Source: Kiritimatiellia bacterium (GTDB lineage Bacteria > Verrucomicrobiota > Kiritimatiellia > RFP12 > UBA1067). From it: a stretch of 42,795 nucleotides of DNA. Shown here one piece after another: positions 1-8,905 of the stretch; the first letter of the stretch is position 1, and the number at the start of each line of letters is the position of its first letter. The notes beneath the pieces are model-generated. The model made no database searches. It was given only the letters and a program-made list of their open reading frames with translations, and was not told where the DNA came from. The DNA lies in assembly GCA_017613085.1 (NCBI GenBank), contig JAGAEL010000039.1, positions 1-42,795 on the forward strand, given 5' to 3'. The translations under genes were made by a program, and so were the position numbers.

Positions 1-1
1 C

Positions 2-337
2 TACGCGGGCGCGGTGTACGGAACTACGGAGGGGCGGCCGCACGAGCTTTCCTACGCGCGCTGCCTGAAGTTCCTCCTGCAGGGGCAGGGGTTCCGCGTG
101 GAGCAGGAGGTGTCGCACGCGGGCGGGCGCACGGACATCGTCGCCGACCACCCCTGCGGCACGTACATCTTCGAGCTGAAGGTGGACAAGCCGCCGAAGG
201 TGGCGATGTCGCAGGCGCGGCGGAAGAAGTACGCGGCGCCGTACCGCGCCTCCGGCAAGCCGGTCTGGGCGGTCGGGCTTTCCTTCAACGGCAGGACGCG
301 CCAGTTCAAGGGCGGTGTCGCCGAGGTGGTAAAATGA
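2..337 (+). CDS. C-terminal PD-(D/E)XK nuclease domain of an AAA-ATPase-like/PDDEXK_9 protein (5' partial)
   Basis: Frame is open from the window edge. Motifs GRTDIV...YIFELK...AMSQ...KY...VGLSF are typical of PDDEXK_9 C-termini. Confidence 0.75.
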   Translation, partial: YAGAVYGTTEGRPHELSYARCLKFLLQGQGFRVEQEVSHAGGRTDIVADHPCGTYIFELKVDKPPKVAMSQARRKKYAAPYRASGKPVWAVGLSFNGRTRQFKGGVAEVVK

Positions 338-352
338 GGTGTTTCTTTATGC

Positions 353-381
353 TGGACAAGTGTCCGTAGCCCGTGTAGAAT
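353..381 (+). promoter_or_regulatory. sigma70-type promoter for the aldolase-like gene
   Basis: TGGACA(353-358)-N17-TAGAAT(376-381). Confidence 0.55.
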
Positions 382-424
382 GGCGCCTGTTTCTATGCAC
401 AAGAACAGAAAGAATGTGTCAGGT

Positions 425-1399
425 ATGAAAGAGCTGAAAAATCTGATGGGTTTCCGCGAATCGATTCGCGTCGTGGACGCGACGTTGCGCGACGGCGGAC
501 TCGTGAATGAGTTCCGTTTTTCCGATGAATTCGTCCGGGCGTTGTACCAGACGAACCTCCGCGCCGGCGTGGACTATATGGAGGTCGGGTACAAGGCGGA
601 CCGCGACATTTTCGATGTGGAACAGTACGGGAAATGGAAGTTCTGCGATGACGATGAAGTACGCAAGGTGCTCGACCCGCGCGACGACCGTTTGAAGTTG
701 GCGGTCATGGCGGATGTCGGGCGGTGCAATTTCCGGCGGGACATCCGTCCGAAGGATGAGTCCCCCTTCGATCTTATCCGCGTGGCGACCTACGCGCACC
801 AGATCCCCGGTGCGGTGGAGATGGTGGAGGATGCCAAGGAGAAGGGGTACGAAGTGACCTGTAACCTTATGGCGATTTCGGCGGCGCAGGAAAGCGACGT
901 CCGTGTCGCGCTGGAGATGCTGTGCCGGACGCCGGTGGACACGCTGTACATCGTTGACAGTTTCGGCGCGCTCTTCCCCGAGCAGATCGCGCGAATCGCC
1001 GAGTTATACATGGAGTTCGCGGAGAAATACGGGAAAAAGATCGGGATCCACGCCCACAACAACCTCCAGCTCGCTTTCGCGAACACCATCGAGGCCATCG
1101 GCGACGGCGTTGACTGGGCGGACGCGACCTATGCGGGCATGGGGCGGGGCGCGGGCAACTGCCCGATGGAGAATCTGCTGGGGTTCCTCCGTAACCCGAA
1201 GTACGAGTTCTATCCCGCCCTCCAGTTCTGCTCCAGCCAGATGCTCAAGCTGAAGGAAGACGGCGTGAAGTGGGGATACGACTGGCAGTACCTTGCGACG
1301 GGGCTTCAGAATGAACATCCCCGTTCCGCCATCGCCTTCACGAAAGCCGACCGCAGGGACTACCTTGAATTCTACCGGGAACTGGTCGTACACGATTGA
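425..1399 (+). CDS. DRE-TIM metallolyase (HMGL-like / 4-hydroxy-2-oxovalerate aldolase-like catalytic domain protein)
   Basis: DATLRDGG, HAHNN and GMGRGAGN motifs. Start moved to ATG 425 because ATG 380 overlaps the -10 box. Confidence 0.8.
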   Translation: MKELKNLMGFRESIRVVDATLRDGGLVNEFRFSDEFVRALYQTNLRAGVDYMEVGYKADRDIFDVEQYGKWKFCDDDEVRKVLDPRDDRLKLAVMADVGRCNFRRDIRPKDESPFDLIRVATYAHQIPGAVEMVEDAKEKGYEVTCNLMAISAAQESDVRVALEMLCRTPVDTLYIVDSFGALFPEQIARIAELYMEFAEKYGKKIGIHAHNNLQLAFANTIEAIGDGVDWADATYAGMGRGAGNCPMENLLGFLRNPKYEFYPALQFCSSQMLKLKEDGVKWGYDWQYLATGLQNEHPRSAIAFTKADRRDYLEFYRELVVHD

Positions 1400-1408
1400 A
1401 AATTTCCG

Positions 1409-1437
1409 TTGACACGGGTGACGGGTTCTGGTATACT
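1409..1437 (+). promoter_or_regulatory. strong sigma70 promoter of tRNA-Val
   Basis: TTGACA(1409-1414)-N17-TATACT(1432-1437) with an extended TGn. Confidence 0.85.
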
Positions 1438-1457
1438 GCCGCCCGTTTTCACCGCAC

Positions 1458-1534
1458 GGGGGATTAGCTCAGTTGGTTAGAGCACTTGCTTGACATGCAA
1501 GGGGTCGGTGGTTCGAGTCCACTATCTCCCACCA
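1458..1534 (+). tRNA. tRNA-Val(GAC)
   Basis: Acceptor GGGGGAT/ATCTCCC, D-arm GCTC-AGTTGGTTA-GAGC, anticodon stem CTTGC/GCAAG with loop TTGACAT, T-loop TTCGAGT, encoded CCA. Confidence 0.97.
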
Positions 1535-1538
1535 TTCG

Positions 1539-1588
1539 GAAATGCGTCTCACCCAGTCAGAAACGGGAGGGGCGCATTTCGCGTTTTT
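1539..1588 (+). terminator. probable intrinsic terminator after the tRNA
   Basis: GAAATGCGTCTC...GGGGCGCATTTC stem (with G-U pairs) followed by GCGTTTTT. Confidence 0.5.
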
Positions 1589-1595
1589 ATGTCGA

Positions 1596-1811
1596 GGGAG
1601 GGACGCGCTTCGTCGCGTCCGTTCCCATGCGGCGCGTGGGGACACGCGCCCTCCCGCACGACAGCCGACAGCCGACAGCCGACAGGCGCCATCCGGTCGC
1701 GACGGGACGCGACCCTCCCGCTCTTTTCTCTGCGTGAGATCATTTTCCCGTCGCGTCCGGAACGTGAAAACGCCAACAAGGGACAACACACAATTATACG
1801 ATTCGCGTTGC
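1596..1811. repeat. mosaic REP-like patch 1: three GGGAG-hairpin units, a (CGACAGC)n tract and blocks shared with patches 2 and 3
   Basis: Units at 1596-1620(+), 1631-1655(-) and 1695-1719(-); 7-mer x4 at 1659-1686; reverse complement matches 8654-8740 and 42682-42750. Confidence 0.85.
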
Positions 1812-1910
1812 TTTCGCCAAAGTTTAACCTTGTACGCGGAGGGGAATTGTGGTACGGTTTGCGTGTTGTGCTTTCCGTGTTGCGTAGTCGTCAACGTGAA
1901 AGGAGAAGAC

Positions 1911-2045
1911 ATGAAAACACAGTTGCTTCTGGTCGTCATCGGTCTGGTTCTGCTTGTTTGCGCGGGATGCGTCAGTAATCCCGAAGTCGGACAAGTGCTT
2001 TCCGGGGTCTTTACGGGTATCGGGGCGGGCTTGTCGGGGTTATGA
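1911..2045 (+). CDS. 44-aa predicted small lipoprotein
   Basis: AGGAGA RBS at 1901; MKTQLLLVVIGLVLLVCAGC signal with lipobox; Gly-rich tail. Confidence 0.65.
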   Translation: MKTQLLLVVIGLVLLVCAGCVSNPEVGQVLSGVFTGIGAGLSGL

Positions 2046-2113
2046 CCCGCACTGGAGAAAAGCTTTGCCCGGTAGGGCGTTAACTGGCATCGAGAGGGCA
2101 AAGGGGTACGGTT

Positions 2114-3325
2114 ATGAAAAAATTTTTGATTACGCTCGTTTTGTTGGCGGCCGCCGGGGGCGGCGCCTGGTATTGGCTTCAGCGGTCCAAGGGGCAGGCC
2201 GTTCCGGTCGCCCGCTTCCGCACGGAGGAGATCGCGAAGGGGAGCCTGGTCCAGGATGTGACGGCGACGGGGACGATCGCGCCGATCAAGGAGGTCGAGG
2301 TCGGCACCCAGGTCAACGGACCGATCCTCCACCTCTATGCCGATTTCAACTCGGTCGTGTCGAACGGCCAGGTTATCGCCGAGATCGACCCCGCCGTCTA
2401 CAACGCCGCCTACACGAAGGCGAAGGCGCAGTTGCGCTCGAACGAGGCGAACGTCGAGAACATCAAGGTGAAACTGGCGTTGGCGGAGAAGACGCTCCGG
2501 CGCAACCAGGAGCTTTCCAAGAAGCAGATGGTCGCGCAGTCCACGCTCGATAACGCGGAGGCGGAGGTCGGTTCCCTCAAGGCGCAGCTCAAGGTTGCGG
2601 AGGCGACGGTCGAACAGAGCCGTGCGAGCGCGTCCGAGGCGGAGACCAATCTCGGCTACTGCACCATCCGCTCTCCCGTCAACGGCGTGGTCATCTCCCG
2701 CGACGTGGACGAGGGGCAGACGGTCGTCTCCTCCATGTCCGCGCAGAAGCTCTTCACGATCGCGGTGGATCTGAAACGCATCCAGGTGGAGGCGAGCGTC
2801 CCCGAGGCGGATGTCGGCATGGTGAAGCTCAACCAGGTCGTGACGTTCACGGTGGACGCCTATCGCACGACGTTCAAAGGCACGGTGAAGCAGATCCGCC
2901 TGGCGTCGACGACGACCAGCAACGTCGTCACCTATCCCGTCATCATCGAGGCGGACAACCCCGACGAGAAGCTGTTCCCCGGCATGACCGCGAACATCTC
3001 CATCAAGGTGGCGGAGGCGAAGGACGCGGTGGTGATCCCCGCCTCGGCCCTCCGTTTCACGCCCGCCGGCTTTACGAGCGACATCAAGGGGCGCAAAATC
3101 TGGCTGCTCGGCGAGGACGGTATGCCGGAAGCGGTCGGGGTCCGCGTCGGCATCACAGACGGGACGCATTACGCCGTCCGTGAAGGGGGAGAGGAACTGC
3201 TCGGTCGCAAGGTCGTCACCGGCATGATGGCGGCGAAGAAAATCGACAACGAGACGAAAAACCCGTTCATGCCGCAGCGCCCGAATTCGGGTAAAAAGAA
3301 CAGCGGGCCGCCGCCGCGTATGTAG
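2114..3325 (+). CDS. macA: MacA-like efflux periplasmic adaptor subunit
   Basis: N-terminal TM anchor, VTATGTI..VEVGTQVNG, coiled hairpin, IRSPVNGVVI; lies upstream of ABC genes. Confidence 0.85.
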   Translation: MKKFLITLVLLAAAGGGAWYWLQRSKGQAVPVARFRTEEIAKGSLVQDVTATGTIAPIKEVEVGTQVNGPILHLYADFNSVVSNGQVIAEIDPAVYNAAYTKAKAQLRSNEANVENIKVKLALAEKTLRRNQELSKKQMVAQSTLDNAEAEVGSLKAQLKVAEATVEQSRASASEAETNLGYCTIRSPVNGVVISRDVDEGQTVVSSMSAQKLFTIAVDLKRIQVEASVPEADVGMVKLNQVVTFTVDAYRTTFKGTVKQIRLASTTTSNVVTYPVIIEADNPDEKLFPGMTANISIKVAEAKDAVVIPASALRFTPAGFTSDIKGRKIWLLGEDGMPEAVGVRVGITDGTHYAVREGGEELLGRKVVTGMMAAKKIDNETKNPFMPQRPNSGKKNSGPPPRM

Positions 3326-3338
3326 GGAAACACGCGCC

Positions 3339-4049
3339 ATGCTGATCGAAGTCAAAGATTTGGTGAAGTCCTACAAGGTCGGGGATATGGAGACCCACGC
3401 CTTGGACGGGGTTTCGCTCACAATCGATTACGGCGAGTTTGTCGCGATCATGGGGGCTTCCGGGTCCGGCAAAAGCACGCTTCTGAACATCCTCGGCTGC
3501 CTCGACGTTCCCACATCCGGCTCCTACCTGCTGGACGGTGTCCAGGTGAGCGGTATGTCGCGGAGCGAACTCGCGCACATCCGGAACCGCAAGCTGGGGT
3601 TCGTATTCCAGAGCTTCAACCTCCTCGCCCGCACGAGCGCCCTCGAAAACGTCGAACTCCCGACGTTCTACTACAAGGGGTTCCCCTCCGGCGAACGTCG
3701 TGCGCGGGCGACGAAACTGCTGGAGCGCGTCGGCCTCGGTTCGCGCATCATGAACACGCCGGGACAGCTTTCCGGCGGACAGCAGCAGCGCGTCGCCATC
3801 GCCCGCGCGCTCATGTGTTCCCCCCCCGTCCTCTTCGCCGACGAACCGACGGGAAACCTCGATACGAAGTCGAGCGTCGATATCATGAAGCTCTTCACGG
3901 AGCTGAACGAGGAGGGAATCACCATCGTCATGGTGACGCATGAAAACGACATCGCCCGCTACGCCAAGCGGCAGATCGTCGTGCGCGACGGGAAGATCAT
4001 TCATGGCGCGCGGTTCGAATCGGCGGATGATCCGGAGGCGCATACCTGA
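3339..4049 (+). CDS. ABC transporter ATP-binding protein (MacB/LolD family)
   Basis: GASGSGKST Walker A, LSGGQQQR signature, [12 protein letters not shown]. Confidence 0.95.
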   Translation: MLIEVKDLVKSYKVGDMETHALDGVSLTIDYGEFVAIMGASGSGKSTLLNILGCLDVPTSGSYLLDGVQVSGMSRSELAHIRNRKLGFVFQSFNLLARTSALENVELPTFYYKGFPSGERRARATKLLERVGLGSRIMNTPGQLSGGQQQRVAIARALMCSPPVLFADEPTGNLDTKSSVDIMKLFTELNEEGITIVMVTHENDIARYAKRQIVVRDGKIIHGARFESADDPEAHT

Positions 4050-5275
4050 TGAACTTCGTCATGATTTTGAAAGTCGCCCTGCGGGCCATCTGGCGGAACA
4101 AGACGCGGTCGCTGCTGACCGCGCTGGGCATCATTGTCGGTATCGCGGCCGTGATCGCGGTCGTCGCGATCGGGCAGGGCGCCTCCACCATGATGGTCAA
4201 GCAGATCAACAGCATGGGCAACAACCTGGTGATGGTCTTCCCCGCGAGCCGCAACCAGGGCGGCGTCCGCACGGGGGCCGGCGGCGCCCAGACGTTGACG
4301 GCGGAGGACGCCGAGGCCATCAAGCGCGAGATATCGCATTACGTCAGCAGCGTCACGCCGATCGTCCGCGCAGCCGGACAGGTCATCTATCAGGAGAACA
4401 ACTGGTCCACCTCCGTGCAGGGGTGTTCCGTCGATTTCATCGATGTCCGTAACTGGCAGCTCGCGCAGGGTATCTTTTTCGACAAGTCGCAGGAACGCAT
4501 GGGCAAGCGCGTCTGTATCCTGGGGAAGACCGTGGCGGACAACCTTTTCGGCGACCAGGATCCCGTCGGCAAGAGCATCCGCATCAAGAACATGCCGTTC
4601 AAAGTCCTGGGCGTCATGGAAAAGAAGGGGAGTAACAATTTCGGGCAGGATCAGGACGACATCATCCTGACCCCCTACACGACGGTCAAGCGCGTACTCC
4701 AGAAATCCATCTTCAACAACGTCAACATGATCTTCGTCAGCCTCTACAGCCTGGACGACACCGAGGCGGCGAAATAGGGCATTGCCGCGCTCCTGCGCCA
4801 GCGGCATAGGCTGGGGCCGCGCGCGGAGGAGGACTTCAACCTCCGCGACATGGCGGAGATCTCGCAGACCATCGGTTCGGTCTCCAGCATGATGACCATC
4901 CTGTTGACGACCGTGGCGGCGATCTCGCTGCTGGTCGGCGGTATCGGCATTATGAACATCATGCTCGTTTCGGTGACGGAGCGTACGCGCGAAATCGGCC
5001 TCCGTATGGCGATCGGTGCGACCCCCGCCGACATCTTGATGCAGTTCATCGCGGAGTCGATCCTGCTTTCCACGGTCGGCGGGTTGATCGGCGTGATTTT
5101 CGGGGTTACGGGGGCGGAAATCGTCGGGAACATCCAGCACTGGCCGATCTTGATTACGACCTCTTCCATCGTGGTCTCCTTCCTGTTCAGCGCGTTGGTC
5201 GGCGTGTTCTTCGGTTTCTATCCGGCGCTCCGCGCCTCCCGCTTGAATCCGATCGACTGCCTCCGGTACGAGTAA
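4049..5275 (+). pseudogene. macB: MacB-family ABC permease (408 codons) interrupted by one in-frame TAG at 4775-4777
   Basis: RSLLTALGIIVGIAAV N-terminus and SLLVGGIGIMNIMLVSVTERTREIG...PALRASRLNPIDCLRYE C-terminus lie in one frame. The linker after TAG reads GIAALLRQRH...DF, typical of the family. Confidence 0.85.
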
Positions 5276-5290
5276 TTCTTAGTTCGTGGC

Positions 5291-6163
5291 ATGAAAATGA
5301 AAATCGCATACCTCGCCGCCTTTCTCCTCCCGTTTGCGACTCCGGCCGCGGAGAACCATGCGGATTCTGTCGTGAAGGAAATCCTGTCCGCCGTCGCGGC
5401 GGTCAAGGCCGCCGTCCCCGACGCCGTGCCGATGGCGTTCTGGGATTTCGACGGGACGATCATCAAGGGAGATGTCACGGAAGGGCTTGAGGAAAACGGG
5501 GAACAACGTTTCAAAGGGCTTGTCGAGGAGACAACCTACGCCGGCCTCTGTTCCGTGTACAAAGGACGGGACGGGTGGTGGCAGTACAGCAAACGGGACT
5601 ATCCGCGTATGAACGAAATCGGACGCTGGCTGGCCTGGCCGTACAACGCGCAGTTGTTCGAGGGGCTTACGGTGGCGTCGCTCGACGCCTTCTGTGCGGA
5701 GAAATTCAAGTCGGTGTTCCGTAAGTGGTATTTCGTCTCTTCGCTCGCGATGCTGGACGCTCTGGAAAAGGCGGGGGTTGAAAACCACATTGTCTCGGCG
5801 AGTCCGGAACTGTTCGTGCGGAACGCGGCGGAGACGCTGGGGCTGCCGCGTTCGCGTTTCAACGGAATCCGGGTCGCGGAACACGGCGGCCGGTTCACGA
5901 CGCAGCTGGAGTACCCGATCCCGTACGCCGAGGGAAAGGTCGAAATCGTCCGACGGGTTCTCCTCTCCCGTCCGCACGGAATCGCCGTGGCGGGCTTCGG
6001 CAACAGCTATTCCACGGACGGCGCGTTTCTGTGTTACATCGTTTCGCAGCCTCTTCCCGGCGGTGCGCGCGGCACGGCGCTGATGATCAACGGCGGAAAG
6101 CCGAAGCCGGGATTCGAAGGTCTTTTCCGTTGCGTGGAACAGACCGACACCGCCGGACGGTAG
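5291..6163 (+). CDS. secreted HAD-superfamily hydrolase (phosphoserine-phosphatase-like)
   Basis: Signal peptide, WDFDGT motif I, IVSAS motif II, GK, GNSYSTD motif IV. Confidence 0.75.
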   Translation: MKMKIAYLAAFLLPFATPAAENHADSVVKEILSAVAAVKAAVPDAVPMAFWDFDGTIIKGDVTEGLEENGEQRFKGLVEETTYAGLCSVYKGRDGWWQYSKRDYPRMNEIGRWLAWPYNAQLFEGLTVASLDAFCAEKFKSVFRKWYFVSSLAMLDALEKAGVENHIVSASPELFVRNAAETLGLPRSRFNGIRVAEHGGRFTTQLEYPIPYAEGKVEIVRRVLLSRPHGIAVAGFGNSYSTDGAFLCYIVSQPLPGGARGTALMINGGKPKPGFEGLFRCVEQTDTAGR

Positions 6164-6203
6164 TTCCCGTTTGTGCCGCAAGGGTGTCAGGAAGGAAGCG
6201 TTT

Positions 6204-8528
6204 ATGAAGACCAGGATATCGTTCCTTATTTGTGCCGCGTTTGTTCTGGTTTTGTCTGTTTGTGCCGATTCATCCGATTCGTTCGCGTCGCAGCGGGCGG
6301 AGTTCGCGAAGTATTACAAACAGATCACCGGCAGGGACGCGCCCGAGGGCATGGTGCGGTTTGCCATCGATCCGAAGGTGTCGAAATCGGGCAGGGATGC
6401 GTACAGGATTGTGTCAATCGAAGGGGAGGGTCGCGCTTTGTCGCGGCCACTCGCCGAAAATGGCCGCGACGAAGCGCGGCCCTCCCGCGTCGCCATCACC
6501 GGTTCCAACCTGAGAAGTGTCTGGTACGGTCTCTACGACCTCCTTGAGCGGCGCGGCGGATGCCATTGGTTCTGGGACGGCGACGTGGTTCCGAAGAAGG
6601 AATCCATCGATCTCTCGAATCTTGACGTCCACGAGGAGGCGCACTTCGAGTACCGCGCCATCCGCTATTTCGCGCATCGAGGTCTTACGCGCTTCCAAGC
6701 GGAACAGTGGGGACCGGAGGACTGGAAACGTGAGATCGACTGGATTCTCAAACGCCGCCTCAATACGTTCATGCTCCGTATCGGTCAGGACGACCTTTTC
6801 CAGCGGGCGTTTCCCGACGTGTGCAAGTACCCCGATCCGTCGAAGCGGCTTCCCGGCGCGACCTCCAGCTACAACGACCGTACGCTCTTCTGGAGCCTGC
6901 AGTATCGCGGCAAGCTGCGCCAGAATATTCAGAAGTACGGATTCGAGCGCGGACTCATGGTGCCAGAGGATTTCGGCACCATGACGCACTGGTATTCGCG
7001 CACGCCCGAGGACTGGCTCGCGAACATGAAGCCGAAGTTCCTGCCGCAGGCGCACGGTTCGGCCGCCGGACGTAACGGCCTCGTCTGGGACATCCGCGAC
7101 GACAAGTGGGCGGAGGCGTACTGGAAGCTGACAAAGACGGCGGTGGAGCAGTACGGAGCGGGGGCTCCGGATCCGAGGCTTCTCCACACCATCGGACTGA
7201 GTGAACGCGGCGTGTACAAGGAACGGGACAAGAACATCGCACTCAAGATCGAAGCTCTTCGGAAATTCCTCGCCCTCGCTCGACGCGACTACCCTGACGC
7301 GAAGGTTCTGTTATCCGGCTGGGACTTCTACGGCGGCTGGAAGGCGGACGAGGTGCGCGCGTTCCTGCCGACGCTCGACAAGAACCATGTGATCCTCTGG
7401 GACTACGAGGCGGATTGTCAGGAGGAAAGGGATACCTTCGTCGATTGGGATGTAATCGGAAAGTTTCCCTACACCTATTCGACCATCCTTGCGTTTGAGG
7501 CGGCGCTCGACGCACGGGCGGACTACAAGTTCTTTGAAAAGCGGCAGCGGCTCGTGCAGGACGATCCGATGTGCGTGGGTTGGATACACTGGCCGGAGTC
7601 GGCCCACACGGATACGTTCTTCCTTGACTTCTTTACCGTGAACGCCTGGGCGGACAAGCCGGTTCCGCATGAGAAGGTTCTGGATGCCTTCTGCGTCGGA
7701 CGCTACGGCGGGAACGCGGAATGGATGAAATCCGTCTGGTCGGATGTGCTGGATGCCTCTGCGTTGCGCCGCTGGGACGAGTATTCGGAATCGAATCTCA
7801 ACTGCGCCCAGCACCTGATTTATCACGGCCTGTTGAAGAAGGGTTACGACAAGCGTCCTACGAAGTGGGGACCTCCCGTCGCGAAGGCGATGACGGCATT
7901 GCGGCGTCTTGAGGACGTGCCGTGGGATGATGCGTTCATCCGGCGGGACACGATCGATATCGTGCGCATGGTTCTCGACCGGTTGATCGTCCTGAAGATC
8001 GACGAACTGGGATGCGCTCTCGCCGCATGGCGCAATGGCAGGGATGACGGTGCGTCACTTGTTGCCCGCGCACATGAACTGGCTTTGCTCTTTGATCGCC
8101 TTGCCGATGTTCTTGCGCTGCACACCGACTACTCCCTCTGGGAGTCCTACCAGCGGCTTGACGCGATCGAGAAAATCCAGAATCCGAATTTCTCCAAGAC
8201 GCTCTTCGAGAATGGCGTCAACCAATACTGCCTGAGCCACCAATATGAGGCAATGCGGTACGTGGTCGCGCCGGTTGCGGCGGAGCTGGCGGAGCGGATC
8301 GCCAAGGCCGTGGCGTCCGGCGACCGTAAGGTCGGGTTCTCCGCCCGTCCAGTATTTGAGAAAATCCGCCAGGACGCGAAGGCGAAGCCGCTTGAATCGC
8401 TCAAGCCGGCTACGCCGCGAACCAAAGAGGAGTTCCGTAAGGTGATACGGAGTTTGTCGAAGGAGGACAGGGAAGGGGTATGCAGGGCGTATCCGCGAAT
8501 CCTGCAAAAGCGGCAAGAACGGGACTAG
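6204..8528 (+). CDS. secreted glycoside hydrolase, GH89 (alpha-N-acetylglucosaminidase)-like TIM-barrel protein
   Basis: Signal peptide; GH20/GH89-type N-domain (D.Y.I...ITG....VWYGLY); YR...W..EDWKREIDW...LN segment resembles the NAGLU barrel start. Family assignment is tentative. Confidence 0.55.
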   Translation: MKTRISFLICAAFVLVLSVCADSSDSFASQRAEFAKYYKQITGRDAPEGMVRFAIDPKVSKSGRDAYRIVSIEGEGRALSRPLAENGRDEARPSRVAITGSNLRSVWYGLYDLLERRGGCHWFWDGDVVPKKESIDLSNLDVHEEAHFEYRAIRYFAHRGLTRFQAEQWGPEDWKREIDWILKRRLNTFMLRIGQDDLFQRAFPDVCKYPDPSKRLPGATSSYNDRTLFWSLQYRGKLRQNIQKYGFERGLMVPEDFGTMTHWYSRTPEDWLANMKPKFLPQAHGSAAGRNGLVWDIRDDKWAEAYWKLTKTAVEQYGAGAPDPRLLHTIGLSERGVYKERDKNIALKIEALRKFLALARRDYPDAKVLLSGWDFYGGWKADEVRAFLPTLDKNHVILWDYEADCQEERDTFVDWDVIGKFPYTYSTILAFEAALDARADYKFFEKRQRLVQDDPMCVGWIHWPESAHTDTFFLDFFTVNAWADKPVPHEKVLDAFCVGRYGGNAEWMKSVWSDVLDASALRRWDEYSESNLNCAQHLIYHGLLKKGYDKRPTKWGPPVAKAMTALRRLEDVPWDDAFIRRDTIDIVRMVLDRLIVLKIDELGCALAAWRNGRDDGASLVARAHELALLFDRLADVLALHTDYSLWESYQRLDAIEKIQNPNFSKTLFENGVNQYCLSHQYEAMRYVVAPVAAELAERIAKAVASGDRKVGFSARPVFEKIRQDAKAKPLESLKPATPRTKEEFRKVIRSLSKEDREGVCRAYPRILQKRQERD
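6424..6486. repeat. intragenic REP doublet (63-bp palindrome, in frame)
   Basis: 26-nt arms GGGAGGGTCGCGCTTTGTCGCGGCCA / TGGCCGCGACGAAGCGCGGCCCTCCC with an 11-nt loop; same unit as in the intergenic patches. Confidence 0.9.
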
Positions 8529-8825
8529 TAAAAACAAACCACAAATTGACACAAATTGGTGCCCCGGCCACGTTCCCGTGAGCGGCGCGTGGGGACACGG
8601 AAGAAAGGGACAAACGAGACAAACAGGACAATCATTGTCCTTGTTGTCGTTTTATCTCACGCGGAGGAAAGAGCGGGAGGGTCGCGCCCCGTCGCGACCG
8701 GGTGGCGGCTGTCTGACGTCGGGTGTCGCCTGTCGTGCGGCGCGTGAGGACACGCGCCCTCCCGTGCGTGACATCCCCCCCGTTTCGCCTGTTTCCCGTG
8801 GTTACGTGTTCACACGATTCGCCCG
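8491..8825. repeat. mosaic REP-like patch 2
   Basis: Units at 8675-8699(+), 8739-8763(-) and a partial at 8584-8599; micro-repeats CACAAATTG x2, GACAAAC, CCTTGTTGT. Confidence 0.85.
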
Positions 8826-8848
8826 TCGGCAATCCCCAAACATTCTTA

Positions 8849-8877
8849 TAGACCCCGCAACTTTGTTATAGTACACT
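8849..8877 (+). promoter_or_regulatory. putative sigma70 promoter of mutS
   Basis: TAGACC-N17-TACACT. Confidence 0.5.
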
Positions 8878-8905
8878 AAGGGGCAACCGTTTTTGAAAGG
8901 ATGTC

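Noticed and set aside
1458-1811. tRNA-integrated island or prophage
   Set aside because: No integrase, and no duplicated tRNA 3' end was noticed in the window by eye; downstream genes look chromosomal.
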